Assembly: GCA_964012805.1 (NCBI GenBank)
Contig: CAXGUD010000007.1
Location: forward strand, 32,001-96,000
Direction of reading: 5' to 3'
From: an uncultured Bacteriovoracaceae bacterium
Lineage (GTDB): Bacteria > Bdellovibrionota > Bacteriovoracia > Bacteriovoracales > Bacteriovoracaceae
DNA length: 64,000 nucleotides
A model generated the notes under the pieces. That model was not told where the DNA came from. It made no database searches and saw only the letters and a list, made by a program, of their open reading frames with translations. Shown in pieces: positions 39,219-48,805 of this stretch. The position numbers and the translations under genes are program-made. Positions within the stretch are counted from its first letter, which is position 1. Every line of letters begins with the position of its first letter.

Positions 39219-39234
39219 TGTCACAAAATTGTAG
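39219..39234 (-). promoter_or_regulatory. Candidate HemR-type box upstream of hemA
   Basis: Minus strand CTACA-N6-TGACA versus the Leptospira HemR motif TGACA-N6-TGACA. Confidence 0.4.
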
Positions 39235-39360
39235 GATTTGAAATGTCTAAAAGATTCTTTTTCTTTTTGAATGTTGAGTCATTGATATCAAAAAGGTTTT
39301 GGTATAAATAACTTCTAAAACATACAAAATAAGTAATGCGTCCATATATAATTGAATGAA

Positions 39361-39396
39361 TATTAGAATAGATATTAGAATAGATATTAGAATGAA
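39361..39396. repeat. 12-bp tandem repeat, three copies
   Basis: TATTAGAATAGA, TATTAGAATAGA, TATTAGAATGAA. Confidence 0.9.
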
Positions 39397-39402
39397 TAAA
39401 GG

Positions 39403-39747
39403 ATGAGGGGTAATTTTTTGGGCCAATCTACTAAAATTCAAGAAGCTTCTCCAAAAGAGCCTAAAGAAAAGGCTGGACTTTTAAAGAAGGTATGGCTCTT
39501 TGTAAAAGCGCAGGCAAAGAAGTTTGATAATGCTGTGGATGGCGCAGCAAGCTTTTTTTTCAAGAATTATGGAAAAACTCGTTTCATGATAGCGATGAGT
39601 AAAAAGGCTCAGTATTTAGGTCTTGAAAGGCTTTTTGAAAAAGGCCCTAAGGCTTTTGCATATTTTTTTCTATTTTACCTTGTCAGAGATACCATCCTAT
39701 ACATTATTATTCCTATTTATTTTGCAAAATGGACTTCTGGGAATTGA
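39403..39747 (+). CDS. Small hypothetical membrane protein
   Basis: C-terminal hydrophobic AFAYFFLFYLVRDTILYIIIPIYF. Confidence 0.7.
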   Translation: MRGNFLGQSTKIQEASPKEPKEKAGLLKKVWLFVKAQAKKFDNAVDGAASFFFKNYGKTRFMIAMSKKAQYLGLERLFEKGPKAFAYFFLFYLVRDTILYIIIPIYFAKWTSGN

Positions 39748-39783
39748 CCTAAAATTTTAAAGTTAAGGTTTTCGGGAAACATT

Positions 39784-41586
39784 ATGAATGATGAATTGAA
39801 AAAGATCGTCTTATCTTACCCAAAGTTACAAAAAAGAATACTGGAAAAAAAAGTCACCGAAGAAAAGGTGCTGAAGCTCCTTAGTGAGATAGCAGCAACT
39901 TATTCTTCCAAAGTGATGGAATACTTCGAAAAGTTTTTAGATGTCTCTTTAGAAAAGCTCTACGACGGAATTAATTTTAATTATCCAAAGGGAATGGACT
40001 TTCAGAAGTTGTGTGAGGAAAACAATGTTGTTCTTGTTCCTAATCATCAATCCCACGCTGATTATTTGGCCATAAATTATATGGTTTTTAAGCATTTTAA
40101 TTTTCCGCTCTATGTTGCAGGTGGCATTAATTTGAACCTTTTTATGGTTGGTGACCTATTTAGGAAGTCAGGATGCTTTTTTATAAGGAGAAGTTTTCAA
40201 AGTGATGTATCTTATAGATTTGTTTTAGAGGCATACCTTTATTATTTACTTGAAACTGGAAAAACCATTGAGTTTTTCTTTGAAGGTGGAAGAACTCGTT
40301 CAGGAAAATTGTTGTCCCCTCGATTCGGGCTCTATCAGATGCTTATAGAATCTCATGCTGAGATTCCTATAGAGAGGAGAAAAAAGCTTCTTTTTATTCC
40401 AGTGAGTATTGTGCACGAATATGTTCCAGAACAAAAGACTCTTGCTCAAGAATTGGAGGGTGAGAAAAAGAAAAAAGAAAATTTCTTACAGGTTTTTAAA
40501 GTATTAAAGTTATTTTCAAGGCAATTTGGAAATGTTCATATCAACCTTGGAAGCCCTGTTGAGGCTCCGGAGCTTAATGAAGGGGAGATAGCCGATAAAA
40601 GGTCTTTAACTCAAGGGTTAGCTTTTAATTGTTTTAGGGCCGTGGGAAAAAACTTTTTGGTTACGCCTACAGCACTTCTTTCTCTTGTTCTTTTAGAGGA
40701 TCCAAGTGGGGCTTTGAAATGGAATGATATTATTCATAAATGTTATTATATCGTTGAGTTTTGTAAGAAGTTTAAAATTCCTTATGTTGCTTCTCTTAAG
40801 GATGAGAATTTTTCCTCTACTATTGATAGAGCCATGGAGATTTTAGTCGGGAATGGAAAAGTTGAAATTATAAAAGGTCGTGAACCGGAAAACGTATTTT
40901 ACTCTATAAAGTTAAATGCTAGAAAAGAGCTTCTTTACTCAAAAAACTCTATACTCCATCACTTTTTAGTTCCTTGGGCCATCCACTCAGCTTGGATAAA
41001 AGTTTTTAAAGGAAGTATTAGAAGTGTTGAAGAGTTAAAAGCTTTTTTCCTTAGAGAAAGAGATCAGCTCAAGCACGAATTTTATCTACCAACCACTAAG
41101 GAGTTTTTACAACATGCCCTCCATATTGTGTCTGAAATCATAGGGCGTAAAATTAGGAGCCTTGAAGAGTGTTTAAAGCTTGAATATAAAGAGCTTTATT
41201 TGGTGGCTTCTTCAACTGGTATATTTGCTCGGTCTGGATCCTACTTATTTGAAGGTTATTACCTCGCAGGCCTTGCTATTAAGGAACTTGGTTATAAAGC
41301 TTCCTCAGATGGTTTTAAGTTTGACCTCTTTAAAAAAACTGTTCAAGCTTTGTATGACGACGAAAAAACTTTGGATAGGTTCATAAAATATCCTGAGGCT
41401 TGTTCTTTACCTCTTATGAAAACGAGTTTGAAGTTTTTTACTCATCAAGGCGTTATTGAAAATCCAGGAGGGGGTTTCTTCGTTGTAAATCATAATAAGC
41501 TAGATTCTTTGACAAAAGAGTTGGGTGGTAATCTTATGGACGGGTCAACTTTCAATGTAAGTCCTGAGGTTCCTCCTATGAATTAA
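39784..41586 (+). CDS. plsB: Glycerol-3-phosphate acyltransferase (PlsB/GPAT family)
   Basis: PNHQSHADY, GCFFIRRSF, FFFEGGRTRSGKLL, IPVSI. Confidence 0.8.
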   Translation: MNDELKKIVLSYPKLQKRILEKKVTEEKVLKLLSEIAATYSSKVMEYFEKFLDVSLEKLYDGINFNYPKGMDFQKLCEENNVVLVPNHQSHADYLAINYMVFKHFNFPLYVAGGINLNLFMVGDLFRKSGCFFIRRSFQSDVSYRFVLEAYLYYLLETGKTIEFFFEGGRTRSGKLLSPRFGLYQMLIESHAEIPIERRKKLLFIPVSIVHEYVPEQKTLAQELEGEKKKKENFLQVFKVLKLFSRQFGNVHINLGSPVEAPELNEGEIADKRSLTQGLAFNCFRAVGKNFLVTPTALLSLVLLEDPSGALKWNDIIHKCYYIVEFCKKFKIPYVASLKDENFSSTIDRAMEILVGNGKVEIIKGREPENVFYSIKLNARKELLYSKNSILHHFLVPWAIHSAWIKVFKGSIRSVEELKAFFLRERDQLKHEFYLPTTKEFLQHALHIVSEIIGRKIRSLEECLKLEYKELYLVASSTGIFARSGSYLFEGYYLAGLAIKELGYKASSDGFKFDLFKKTVQALYDDEKTLDRFIKYPEACSLPLMKTSLKFFTHQGVIENPGGGFFVVNHNKLDSLTKELGGNLMDGSTFNVSPEVPPMN

Positions 41587-41615
41587 GGTGTGGTGAAACT
41601 ATAAAGTGAGTTGAT

Positions 41616-42518
41616 ATGGAAAAAGAGCTTTTGCTTCGTGAAAAAGAGATTAAGAAAGTTCTTTTAATAGTCCTATTTCTTAATCTTTTTATTGCTGCTT
41701 TAAAAATTGGCGTAGGCTTTAATTCTCATTATATCTCTCTAGTCTCTTCAGGGATTGACTCTTTATTTGATAGTGCTTCCAATTGCCTGGCACTCATTAG
41801 CATTTACTTTGCTTTTAAACCCGCAGATTCAGGCCATAACTATGGTCATTACAAATTTGAAACTTTTGGCAGTTTAGTGATTGGGATACTTATTCTTTTC
41901 TCCGGTGTCCAATTTCTATTGAGTATGAACCTTTTTGGAAAAAAGCTTTTTAAAGAGCCTGTTTTCAGCATTTTTCCTTTCGTTTCTGTTCTTGTGTCCA
42001 CTGCAGTTAGCTTTTTTGTTTCTAAGTATGAGAAAAAGAAGGGTAAAGAGCTCTCCTCTTCCATTCTTAATTCAGATTCCGCTCATACCTATGGAGATTT
42101 CTTGATAGGTTTCGGGGTTTTAATATCTCTTGTATTTTCTTATTTCAGAGTCTACTGGGTAGATGTCTTCGTAGGGGGGGCCATAGGTTTATACCTCTTT
42201 ATTTTGGGCATTGAAATTCTGAGAAAGAACCTGCCGGAACTTTTAGACGGCTCTCCTGTTATTGAAAAAGAGCTTGTTAAAAAAGTAGAAGAAATTGAAC
42301 ATATAAAAGACATTCATAAGTTTAGGGCCAGAGGCAACCAGAACTGTATGTTTATAGACTTTCATCTCTTACTTGATGAGGACCTATCTCTAAAGGAAGC
42401 TCATAAAATTGGGCATGACGCAGAGGGAATGATTAAGAACCTCCTTGAAAAGTATGCCAGGAAGATTGATGTTACAGTTCATGTAGAGCCCTATGAAGAA
42501 AATCATCTTGATGATTGA
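41616..42518 (+). CDS. Cation diffusion facilitator transporter (FieF-like)
   Basis: DSLFD, PADSGHNYGHYKFE, DSAHTYGD, HVEP. Confidence 0.92.
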   Translation: MEKELLLREKEIKKVLLIVLFLNLFIAALKIGVGFNSHYISLVSSGIDSLFDSASNCLALISIYFAFKPADSGHNYGHYKFETFGSLVIGILILFSGVQFLLSMNLFGKKLFKEPVFSIFPFVSVLVSTAVSFFVSKYEKKKGKELSSSILNSDSAHTYGDFLIGFGVLISLVFSYFRVYWVDVFVGGAIGLYLFILGIEILRKNLPELLDGSPVIEKELVKKVEEIEHIKDIHKFRARGNQNCMFIDFHLLLDEDLSLKEAHKIGHDAEGMIKNLLEKYARKIDVTVHVEPYEENHLDD

Positions 42519-42533
42519 AATTAAAGGACTTGG

Positions 42534-43034
42534 GTGTTAGAGAGGGGCATGGAACTTTCTCCCACATATTCTCCAAATAAGAGGATTCTTTACACCAAAA
42601 CAAAGTTGCCGGCGATGTTTTGGAGCAAGGATCTAGCGAAGGTCGACCAAATCGTCAATTCGTCCAGTGATTTGTTTTTTGCGTCAGGATGCTCGGTTTT
42701 ACACTTTCCTGGAAAGTATGGAGAAAAAGAAATGAGCTTTTTGCCCTTAGACGATGATAGTTTTTTCGTTGGAAGGGAGGTAACTGGCTTTTTAGATTTG
42801 GCTCCGGGTTTTTGGTTTTTGGATTTGCCAGAGTGCGAACAAGTAACTTTTAAGCTTCCTAATGACTCTACTTTCGAGGACTTGGTGTCGCGAAGTGAAG
42901 AGATTTCAGGAAGTTTGCCATTAGAGTTTGTTGATAAGCTTCTTTTGAAGCATGTTTCCATCTTTGAAGATAAGGAGAAAGATGGTTTGGCAGGGCTAAG
43001 TGTTGAGCTACAATATTTTTTTGGGTGGACTTGA
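42534..43034 (+). CDS. Hypothetical protein
   Basis: 166-aa ORF following the CDF gene; contains GREVTG. Confidence 0.55.
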   Translation: MLERGMELSPTYSPNKRILYTKTKLPAMFWSKDLAKVDQIVNSSSDLFFASGCSVLHFPGKYGEKEMSFLPLDDDSFFVGREVTGFLDLAPGFWFLDLPECEQVTFKLPNDSTFEDLVSRSEEISGSLPLEFVDKLLLKHVSIFEDKEKDGLAGLSVELQYFFGWT

Positions 43035-43133
43035 CGAGTCGCATTTTTGTATCTTAAATAGTCTATTTTTATAGGTTAATAGTGATTAATGGAGTAACAA
43101 AATAATAAGTTTCTTTTCAAATGGAGGTAGATC

Positions 43134-43754
43134 ATCGGAGAGAATAAGGTAAGAGACAGCAAAAAAAAGGGTCCTAGAGTAAACTCTGCGATTCGCTTAG
43201 TTGAGTGCAGGTTAATAGGTGATGATGGAACTCAGTATGGTATTGTCTCAATGACTGAAGCTAATAGAATTGCTGAAGAACAAGGATTGGATTTGGTTGA
43301 GGTTTCCCCAACGGCAAAGCCTCCTGTAGTTAAAATAATTGACTATGGGAAATTTAAGTATATGCAGCAGAAAAAGGCAAACGAAGCTAAAAAGAAGACG
43401 GCTACGGTTCAATTAAAGGAAATTCAGCTTAGACCAAATATTGAGTCTCACGACTTAGAAACAAAGTTGAAAAGAGCTTATAAATTTTTAGACCAAGGCG
43501 ATAAAATCAAGATGGTCCTCCAATTTAGGGGGCGTGAGATGAGTTATCGTGAGAACGGAATGAAAAAGTTCCGAGCTATAATTGAGAAGGTTGAAGAGTA
43601 TGGTGCAGTTGTTGAGTCTGAGCCTAAAATGGTTGGGACTCGTATAATAGCCATTCTTGCATCGTTAAAAAAACCTGTAAAAAAGCCTGAAGGAAAACCA
43701 CAAAAAAAGGAAAAAGGTAGCAATAGTGCTTCTAAGGATAACGTAAACGCCTAG
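43134..43754 (+). CDS. infC: Translation initiation factor IF-3, non-canonical ATC start
   Basis: GGAGGT SD at 43123-43128, in-frame TAG at 43128-43130, ATC at 43131/43134; N-terminal PRVNSAIR...CRLIGDDG, LDLVEVSP, KEIQLRP, FRGREM. Confidence 0.93.
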   Translation: MGENKVRDSKKKGPRVNSAIRLVECRLIGDDGTQYGIVSMTEANRIAEEQGLDLVEVSPTAKPPVVKIIDYGKFKYMQQKKANEAKKKTATVQLKEIQLRPNIESHDLETKLKRAYKFLDQGDKIKMVLQFRGREMSYRENGMKKFRAIIEKVEEYGAVVESEPKMVGTRIIAILASLKKPVKKPEGKPQKKEKGSNSASKDNVNA

Positions 43755-43896
43755 AATATATAGTGTTTACTAGTTTTGTGCTGCGAGTTGTTCTCAGTTA
43801 AGAGAATAAGCCACCAAGGATTTACAAAGGCTTTAAGAGCTGATAGAAGAAACCTCCTCTTAGGAGAATTTAAATTAAACTTGAAGGGATTTTATT

Positions 43897-44094
43897 ATGC
43901 CAAAGATGAAAACGAGAAAGTCCGCCGAAAAACGATTTTCTGCGACAGGTAGCGGAAAAATAAAGCGTAGAAGAGGTGGTCTCAGACACAATCTTGGTAA
44001 GAGAACGACAAAGTCGAAGACTCTTGCAGGAAAAACAGACTACGTTCATGAAGCTGATGAAAGCAGAATTCGTAGAATGTTGCCTTACCTATAA
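43897..44094 (+). CDS. rpmI: 50S ribosomal protein L35
   Basis: MPKMKTRKSAEKRF..TGSGKIKR. Confidence 0.97.
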   Translation: MPKMKTRKSAEKRFSATGSGKIKRRRGGLRHNLGKRTTKSKTLAGKTDYVHEADESRIRRMLPYL

Positions 44095-44212
44095 TCTTAT
44101 CTAGCTTTTGATTGAGGTTATTTTAGAGAAGGCTTGTAGTTAATTGAACAGAGTCTTGGGAAACAAAGATCTTGCTTAGAAAGACCCCAAGAATCGTGAA
44201 GGAGAATGAAAA

Positions 44213-44557
44213 ATGGCACGTGTAAGAAGAGGCTTTAAAGCCAGAAGAAGAAGAAACAAAATTTTGAAGAGGGCCAAAGGCTTTCAATTTGATAGAAGAA
44301 GAAAGTTTCGTCATGCTGCTCAGACAGTCGTTAGAGCCATGCACTACTCTTATATCGGTAGAAAACTATTAAAGAGAGATATGAGAAGGCTTTGGATTCA
44401 GAGAATTAGTGCAGCATCTAAGACTGTAGGAAGTTCTTATTCAAAGTTTATGGGTGCGTTGAAGAAAAAAGGAAGTACTCTTAACAGAAAAATGTTGTCA
44501 GAGATTGCAGCAAGAGACTTTGAAGGATTTAAAGCTATTGAGCAAAGCCTTCATTAA
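44213..44557 (+). CDS. rplT: 50S ribosomal protein L20
   Basis: MARVRRG, KRDMRRLWIQRISAA, LNRKMLSEIA. Confidence 0.97.
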   Translation: MARVRRGFKARRRRNKILKRAKGFQFDRRRKFRHAAQTVVRAMHYSYIGRKLLKRDMRRLWIQRISAASKTVGSSYSKFMGALKKKGSTLNRKMLSEIAARDFEGFKAIEQSLH

Positions 44558-44591
44558 GCCGACTTAGAACAAACTACTTTTTGAAAATAAT

Positions 44592-44624
44592 AAAAAACCT
44601 CTTTTATAAAAGAGGTTTTTTTTT
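44592..44624 (+). terminator. Intrinsic terminator after rplT
   Basis: Perfect inverted repeat AAAAAACCTCTTTTATAAAAGAGGTTTTTT followed by more T residues. Confidence 0.85.
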
Positions 44625-44791
44625 GTCTTTTTCCAATAGAAGAAAATAATTATCTAACTTAATCATTCTTCTGTTAGGTTTTTCTTGTCATTTTGTGAAA
44701 GTTCTTTTTAAAATTTTCATCGATAAAAATTGTTGAACGGTTGTTGTTCAAAATATTTCTAAGGGCCTCAAGGATCATTAAGGAGTTTTTA

Positions 44792-45700
44792 ATGAAGAAG
44801 CTTTTTAAAAGCTTAATGGTTATCGCTTTAATCTTCCCATCTTTGTCATATAGTTGCGATGAGCATGGCTTAACAGGAATCATGGAAGAGAATGATCTTT
44901 ATATTGGCCCTCATGAAAAAGGGGTTTCGAAGGTCTCTTATGCAGATTTCAAGGATGTTATTGAAAGAATAACAAGGTTGTATGAAAAGGACTTTGAAAA
45001 AAGAGGTTTAAAGCTTTTTATCCAAGACAGTTGGGCAAACGGTAGTGTTAATGCTTATGCTCAAAGAAAAGGTCGTACGGCTTTAGTTAATATGTTCGGT
45101 GGTATAGCCCGTCATGAAACAATGAGTAAGGATTCATTGGCCCTTGTTACTTGTCATGAACTAGGACATCACATTGGAGGAACTCCAAAGAAAGAGCGTT
45201 CAGGGTATGGTTATGGAAGTTCTGGGAGAAAAGTCTACACATGGGCCAGTAATGAGGGGCAAGCAGACTACTTTGCTTCCATGAAGTGTTTGAGGCGTTA
45301 CTTTGAAAGAGAAGATAATGTGAAGGCAATAGAAGATAAAGAGGTTCCATCTTTTGTAAGAATTTCTTGTCAAAATCAATTCAACTCAGCTGAAGACGTT
45401 GCAATTTGTATAAGGAGTGCCTTGGCGGGGTACTCTTTGGCCAACCTTTTTAATAGTATTAGAGGACGTTATTCTTTATTAAGCTTTGAAAATAAAGATC
45501 CATCTAGAGTGCTAAAGACTTATGACAATCATCCTGCTCCACAATGTCGTTTAGATACTTATTTTGCAGGTGCTTTATGTGATAAGGATTTATATGATGA
45601 AGTTAGTGATAGTCAAGTTGACAAGGGTGTTTGTTCAAGAAGAGAGGGCTATGTAATTGGAGTCCGACCTCTTTGCTGGTTTAGACCTTTTTATCAATAA
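44792..45700 (+). CDS. Secreted zinc metallopeptidase-like protein
   Basis: AAGGAG SD then MKK signal peptide; VNAYA, CHELGHHIGG, NEGQADYF, HPAPQCRLDTY (M48-like). Confidence 0.75.
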   Translation: MKKLFKSLMVIALIFPSLSYSCDEHGLTGIMEENDLYIGPHEKGVSKVSYADFKDVIERITRLYEKDFEKRGLKLFIQDSWANGSVNAYAQRKGRTALVNMFGGIARHETMSKDSLALVTCHELGHHIGGTPKKERSGYGYGSSGRKVYTWASNEGQADYFASMKCLRRYFEREDNVKAIEDKEVPSFVRISCQNQFNSAEDVAICIRSALAGYSLANLFNSIRGRYSLLSFENKDPSRVLKTYDNHPAPQCRLDTYFAGALCDKDLYDEVSDSQVDKGVCSRREGYVIGVRPLCWFRPFYQ

Positions 45701-45706
45701 TTAATC

Positions 45707-46651
45707 TCAATATGTAGATGAGCAGCTAGAACCACCTAGAACGCAGAAGCTTGAGCAGAATGGGTGGTTCAAGAATACTTTTTTCGACGATTCCGATAAA
45801 GACTCACCGAGCTCGAATTCTTTATTGTAAGGAATGAGAGTGCAGGCTTGCACTTTTGTTTTGTTTTGGCCTTTAGGCTTTACCACCATCCTTTCTGAAG
45901 AGCACATTAGAGACTCAGGGCCTTTTCCTAAGATAGACCAACAAGATGTTGTAATTTCAGGAGTGTTAAGGTTTTTTGAGTCCATTTCAGGGAAAAGAAC
46001 AAGGTTGTCTTCACTCAAACTTAGGGGCACTTCATGTTTTTTAAAAAGAGATTTGAACCCATCAAGAGCTTCAGTATAGCTTTCTGATTGGAGGAACCTT
46101 CCTGCGATGCTGACATTAAAACTTTTGCTAATGAGCCAACCGATACTTTCAAGTGTCGGTAAAAAAGTATTATATCCTCTTTCCTTTTCATGAACTTCTT
46201 TTGTGAAGTGGTCTAAAGATACCCTTAGAAATAGCTTGTCAGGAAAAAGTTGATTGAGGGTAAGAAGTTTTTTATCCCACCTTGAAATCACTTTATATGC
46301 ATTTGTTAATACAAGGGCCTTATGACCTGCTCGTAAAATAGTTTCAATAATATTAATAATATTTGGGTTTAGGAAGGGTTCACCCCCTGTAATGCCAATA
46401 AGTTCTACTGGTAAAGAGTTCTCTTCTATTTCTTTAATGTAAGGAAGAACATCATCTTTTGTAAGGTAGAGGAGGCGGTCATTTTTTGGACTAGACTCGA
46501 TATAGCAGTTTTGGCACTCTAAGTTACAAAGTGTTCCAGTATTGAACCAGAGGGTCTTAAGCTCACCCATGTCAACGGAAGCTCTTTCCTCACCCTTTAA
46601 TGTTTTAAAAGGGTCTTGGAATTTTAGTTTATTGTCCAAAGTTTTTCCCAT
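45707..46651 (-). CDS. Radical SAM protein (ArsS-related candidate)
   Basis: CNLECQNC, TGGEPF, RVSLDH; Cys-rich C-terminus CSSFCVLGGSSCS. Confidence 0.85.
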   Translation of the reverse strand: MGKTLDNKLKFQDPFKTLKGEERASVDMGELKTLWFNTGTLCNLECQNCYIESSPKNDRLLYLTKDDVLPYIKEIEENSLPVELIGITGGEPFLNPNIINIIETILRAGHKALVLTNAYKVISRWDKKLLTLNQLFPDKLFLRVSLDHFTKEVHEKERGYNTFLPTLESIGWLISKSFNVSIAGRFLQSESYTEALDGFKSLFKKHEVPLSLSEDNLVLFPEMDSKNLNTPEITTSCWSILGKGPESLMCSSERMVVKPKGQNKTKVQACTLIPYNKEFELGESLSESSKKVFLNHPFCSSFCVLGGSSCSSTY

Positions 46652-47743
46652 TTAGCAGCAAGATATTGAAGGGTCTTTTTCTTCAGGGCCGCTTTTTTGA
46701 GGTTCATTGTCGTAGGAAAGCTCATGGACAATAGTTTTGGAATTGCAATTTTGAAATATTCCATGATGAGTGTCCCAACTTCCTGCAAATTCAAAGTATT
46801 TTCTCATTCTGCTTTGGTTTAACATAAGGTAAGTATTGCCACATACTTCTTTAAATTTTCCTTTTGGAAAGGTGTGTTCTTGATCAAGCTTTATCGAGTG
46901 GGGCGAACCATCCAAATTTCCCTTGTAACAGACAGCTTGTCCATAATCTTCACAATCAGGTTCCAGGTCCTGAATTTTAAAAAGCCTGTAGGTAATAGAG
47001 TAAAACTTGATAGGGTCGACAAGATTTCTTACCTCTTTATTCATAATATCAACTGGTTTAACAGAAACAACTCTTGGGTCTTTAAATCCAGCATTTTTAG
47101 CAAGGTTTGAAAAATCATTCCAATAGAGGGCCCCACTTAAGCATTCACCATAAAGGAGTTCATTATTAGTGAGGTGTTCGGGAATTCTCCTGTCTGAGTA
47201 AATGTCTGAGAAATAAAACTCACCACCAACCTTTAAAAGCTTATAAGTGTCTTTAAGAACTTTTTCTTTATTCGGTACGAGGTTAATGACACAGTTAGAG
47301 ACGATTAGATCAAAAGAATTGAGTTGCAAAGAAGTATCGAGTATATTTTCAATTTTTCCATGAACAAATTTTAAGTTTTTATCCTCTAAGTCAAAGAGTT
47401 CTTCATGGTACTTTTTGTGTTTTTGAGCTATTTCAATTTGCTCTTTAGTCATGTCGACACCTACAACGCGCCCTTTTTTCCCGGCCAAAGAAGCAAGTAT
47501 AAAACTATCTCTACCTGAACCTGAACCAAGGTCCAAAATATGGGACCCTTCAATAGCTTCTGGAATGATAAGTCCACACCCATAAAACTTTTCATTGACT
47601 TCCGGATGTATGGAATTGATTAGGTCTTTTAATTTTTTTGACGCTTTTAGGTCTATGCTACAAGCAGAAGTTTTTAGGTCACGGTTTGTTTTTAAAACTT
47701 TCCCATAGTAGTTTTTAACACTTTCTTCAATATTATTGTTCAT
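46652..47743 (-). CDS. arsM: Arsenite methyltransferase-like (ArsM/AS3MT family)
   Basis: DLKTSAC, FYGCG, LDLGSGSGRD, VSNCVINL, LYGECLSGAL: all four AS3MT-type Cys positions are present. Confidence 0.75.
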   Translation of the reverse strand: MNNNIEESVKNYYGKVLKTNRDLKTSACSIDLKASKKLKDLINSIHPEVNEKFYGCGLIIPEAIEGSHILDLGSGSGRDSFILASLAGKKGRVVGVDMTKEQIEIAQKHKKYHEELFDLEDKNLKFVHGKIENILDTSLQLNSFDLIVSNCVINLVPNKEKVLKDTYKLLKVGGEFYFSDIYSDRRIPEHLTNNELLYGECLSGALYWNDFSNLAKNAGFKDPRVVSVKPVDIMNKEVRNLVDPIKFYSITYRLFKIQDLEPDCEDYGQAVCYKGNLDGSPHSIKLDQEHTFPKGKFKEVCGNTYLMLNQSRMRKYFEFAGSWDTHHGIFQNCNSKTIVHELSYDNEPQKSGPEEKDPSISCC

Positions 47744-47847
47744 AACTTATCCTTTTAAATTAAGGTTTGGGTAAAGTTAAGGTTGCCTTTTCTTATTAGT
47801 TTCATAGGGAACATATAATCATTGAGTAGAAAAAAGGAAGGAAAAAA

Positions 47848-48726
47848 TTAAATTTTATGTTTGTGAAGAAACTTTTTTTTACCATTATGTTTTAGCCAAC
47901 ATTCACCCCACGCATTAAGTTCTATAACCCCTCTTTCAATTTGGGGAGGTGCTTCTTTTTTATCATTGTTTGTACGTTCTTTTTTAATGATTAAGGAACT
48001 TCCAATCATAATTTGAGGCTGTGCTAAATAGTTATCTTGCAGGTTTTCTTTATCTTTTAAAAAGAGGTTTCTCTTAACATCTGAAGAGTTCAAAAAAGGA
48101 TTCATAATGGATAAACTCTTTTCTCCATTATGATGGGGTAAGCCAAGAAGGTGACCTAGCTCATGAAGGAGAACAGTTGGAAGGTCGTAATGAAAGCTTT
48201 CTTCTTCATTCATTGTAAAAATATAATCTCTGTAATTGAATATAATATCTGCATGAATGAGCTCAAGGTACTCTGATGATGTTCCTTTATTTCTTCTTAT
48301 TCCAAAATATTGTGTGATAGCTAGAACGCCATCTGGCAATTCTTCGAACCACTTGTAAGACTTATAGACACCTACTTCGTCATCATTGAATTCGTAAAGA
48401 GTTTCATAGTTTCTATTTTCAGTGAATTTAGCAGGAGTATTAAATATTTTTTTATTTATTATACTTTTATCCCAATTTACTAACATTTCATCTAACGTTG
48501 TAAAGTCTTCTTTAAGATGATCTCTTTCAAGAAAGTCGTTTTGAAAATCTTCTGAAAAATTTAATTTAATAGGTAGGTTTTCTGTGTCCCATCTCATAAC
48601 TTTTTTAGTTAACTGAGATGATTGGTCATGGTAAGAGTTTAAATTTAGATACTGACCATCTTTCCCACAGCTAAAAAGAAAAAAGAGCAAGATAAAAAAC
48701 GAGCTTTTATTTGAGAAGGCTTCCAT
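47848..48726 (-). CDS. Matrixin-family metalloprotease lipoprotein
   Basis: Lipobox LFSC; HELGHLLGLPH zinc motif; Met-turn SIMNP. Confidence 0.88.
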   Translation of the reverse strand: MEAFSNKSSFFILLFFLFSCGKDGQYLNLNSYHDQSSQLTKKVMRWDTENLPIKLNFSEDFQNDFLERDHLKEDFTTLDEMLVNWDKSIINKKIFNTPAKFTENRNYETLYEFNDDEVGVYKSYKWFEELPDGVLAITQYFGIRRNKGTSSEYLELIHADIIFNYRDYIFTMNEEESFHYDLPTVLLHELGHLLGLPHHNGEKSLSIMNPFLNSSDVKRNLFLKDKENLQDNYLAQPQIMIGSSLIIKKERTNNDKKEAPPQIERGVIELNAWGECWLKHNGKKKFLHKHKI

Positions 48727-48756
48727 CTCTCCATCTCCTAGAAGTTCTATGAAGAT

Positions 48757-48783
48757 TTATCGGATGAAAGCCTGAAAATATGA
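48757..48783 (-). promoter_or_regulatory. Sigma28-type promoter of the matrixin gene
   Basis: TCATA-N14-TCCGATAA on the minus strand, 30 nt upstream of the ATG. Confidence 0.5.
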
Positions 48784-48805
48784 GGGTTCTTATTTAGCTA
48801 GCTTT

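Noticed and set aside
39247..39441. 64-aa ORF with ILISILISILIF that looks like a membrane peptide
   Set aside because: The hydrophobic repeat is just the translation of the 12-bp tandem repeat; there is no other coding support.
44151..44195. Hairpin (TCTTGGG...CCCAAGA) between rpmI and rplT as an ncRNA or L20 leader
   Set aside because: Only a short stem is visible; I cannot assign it to an RNA family without a covariance-model search.
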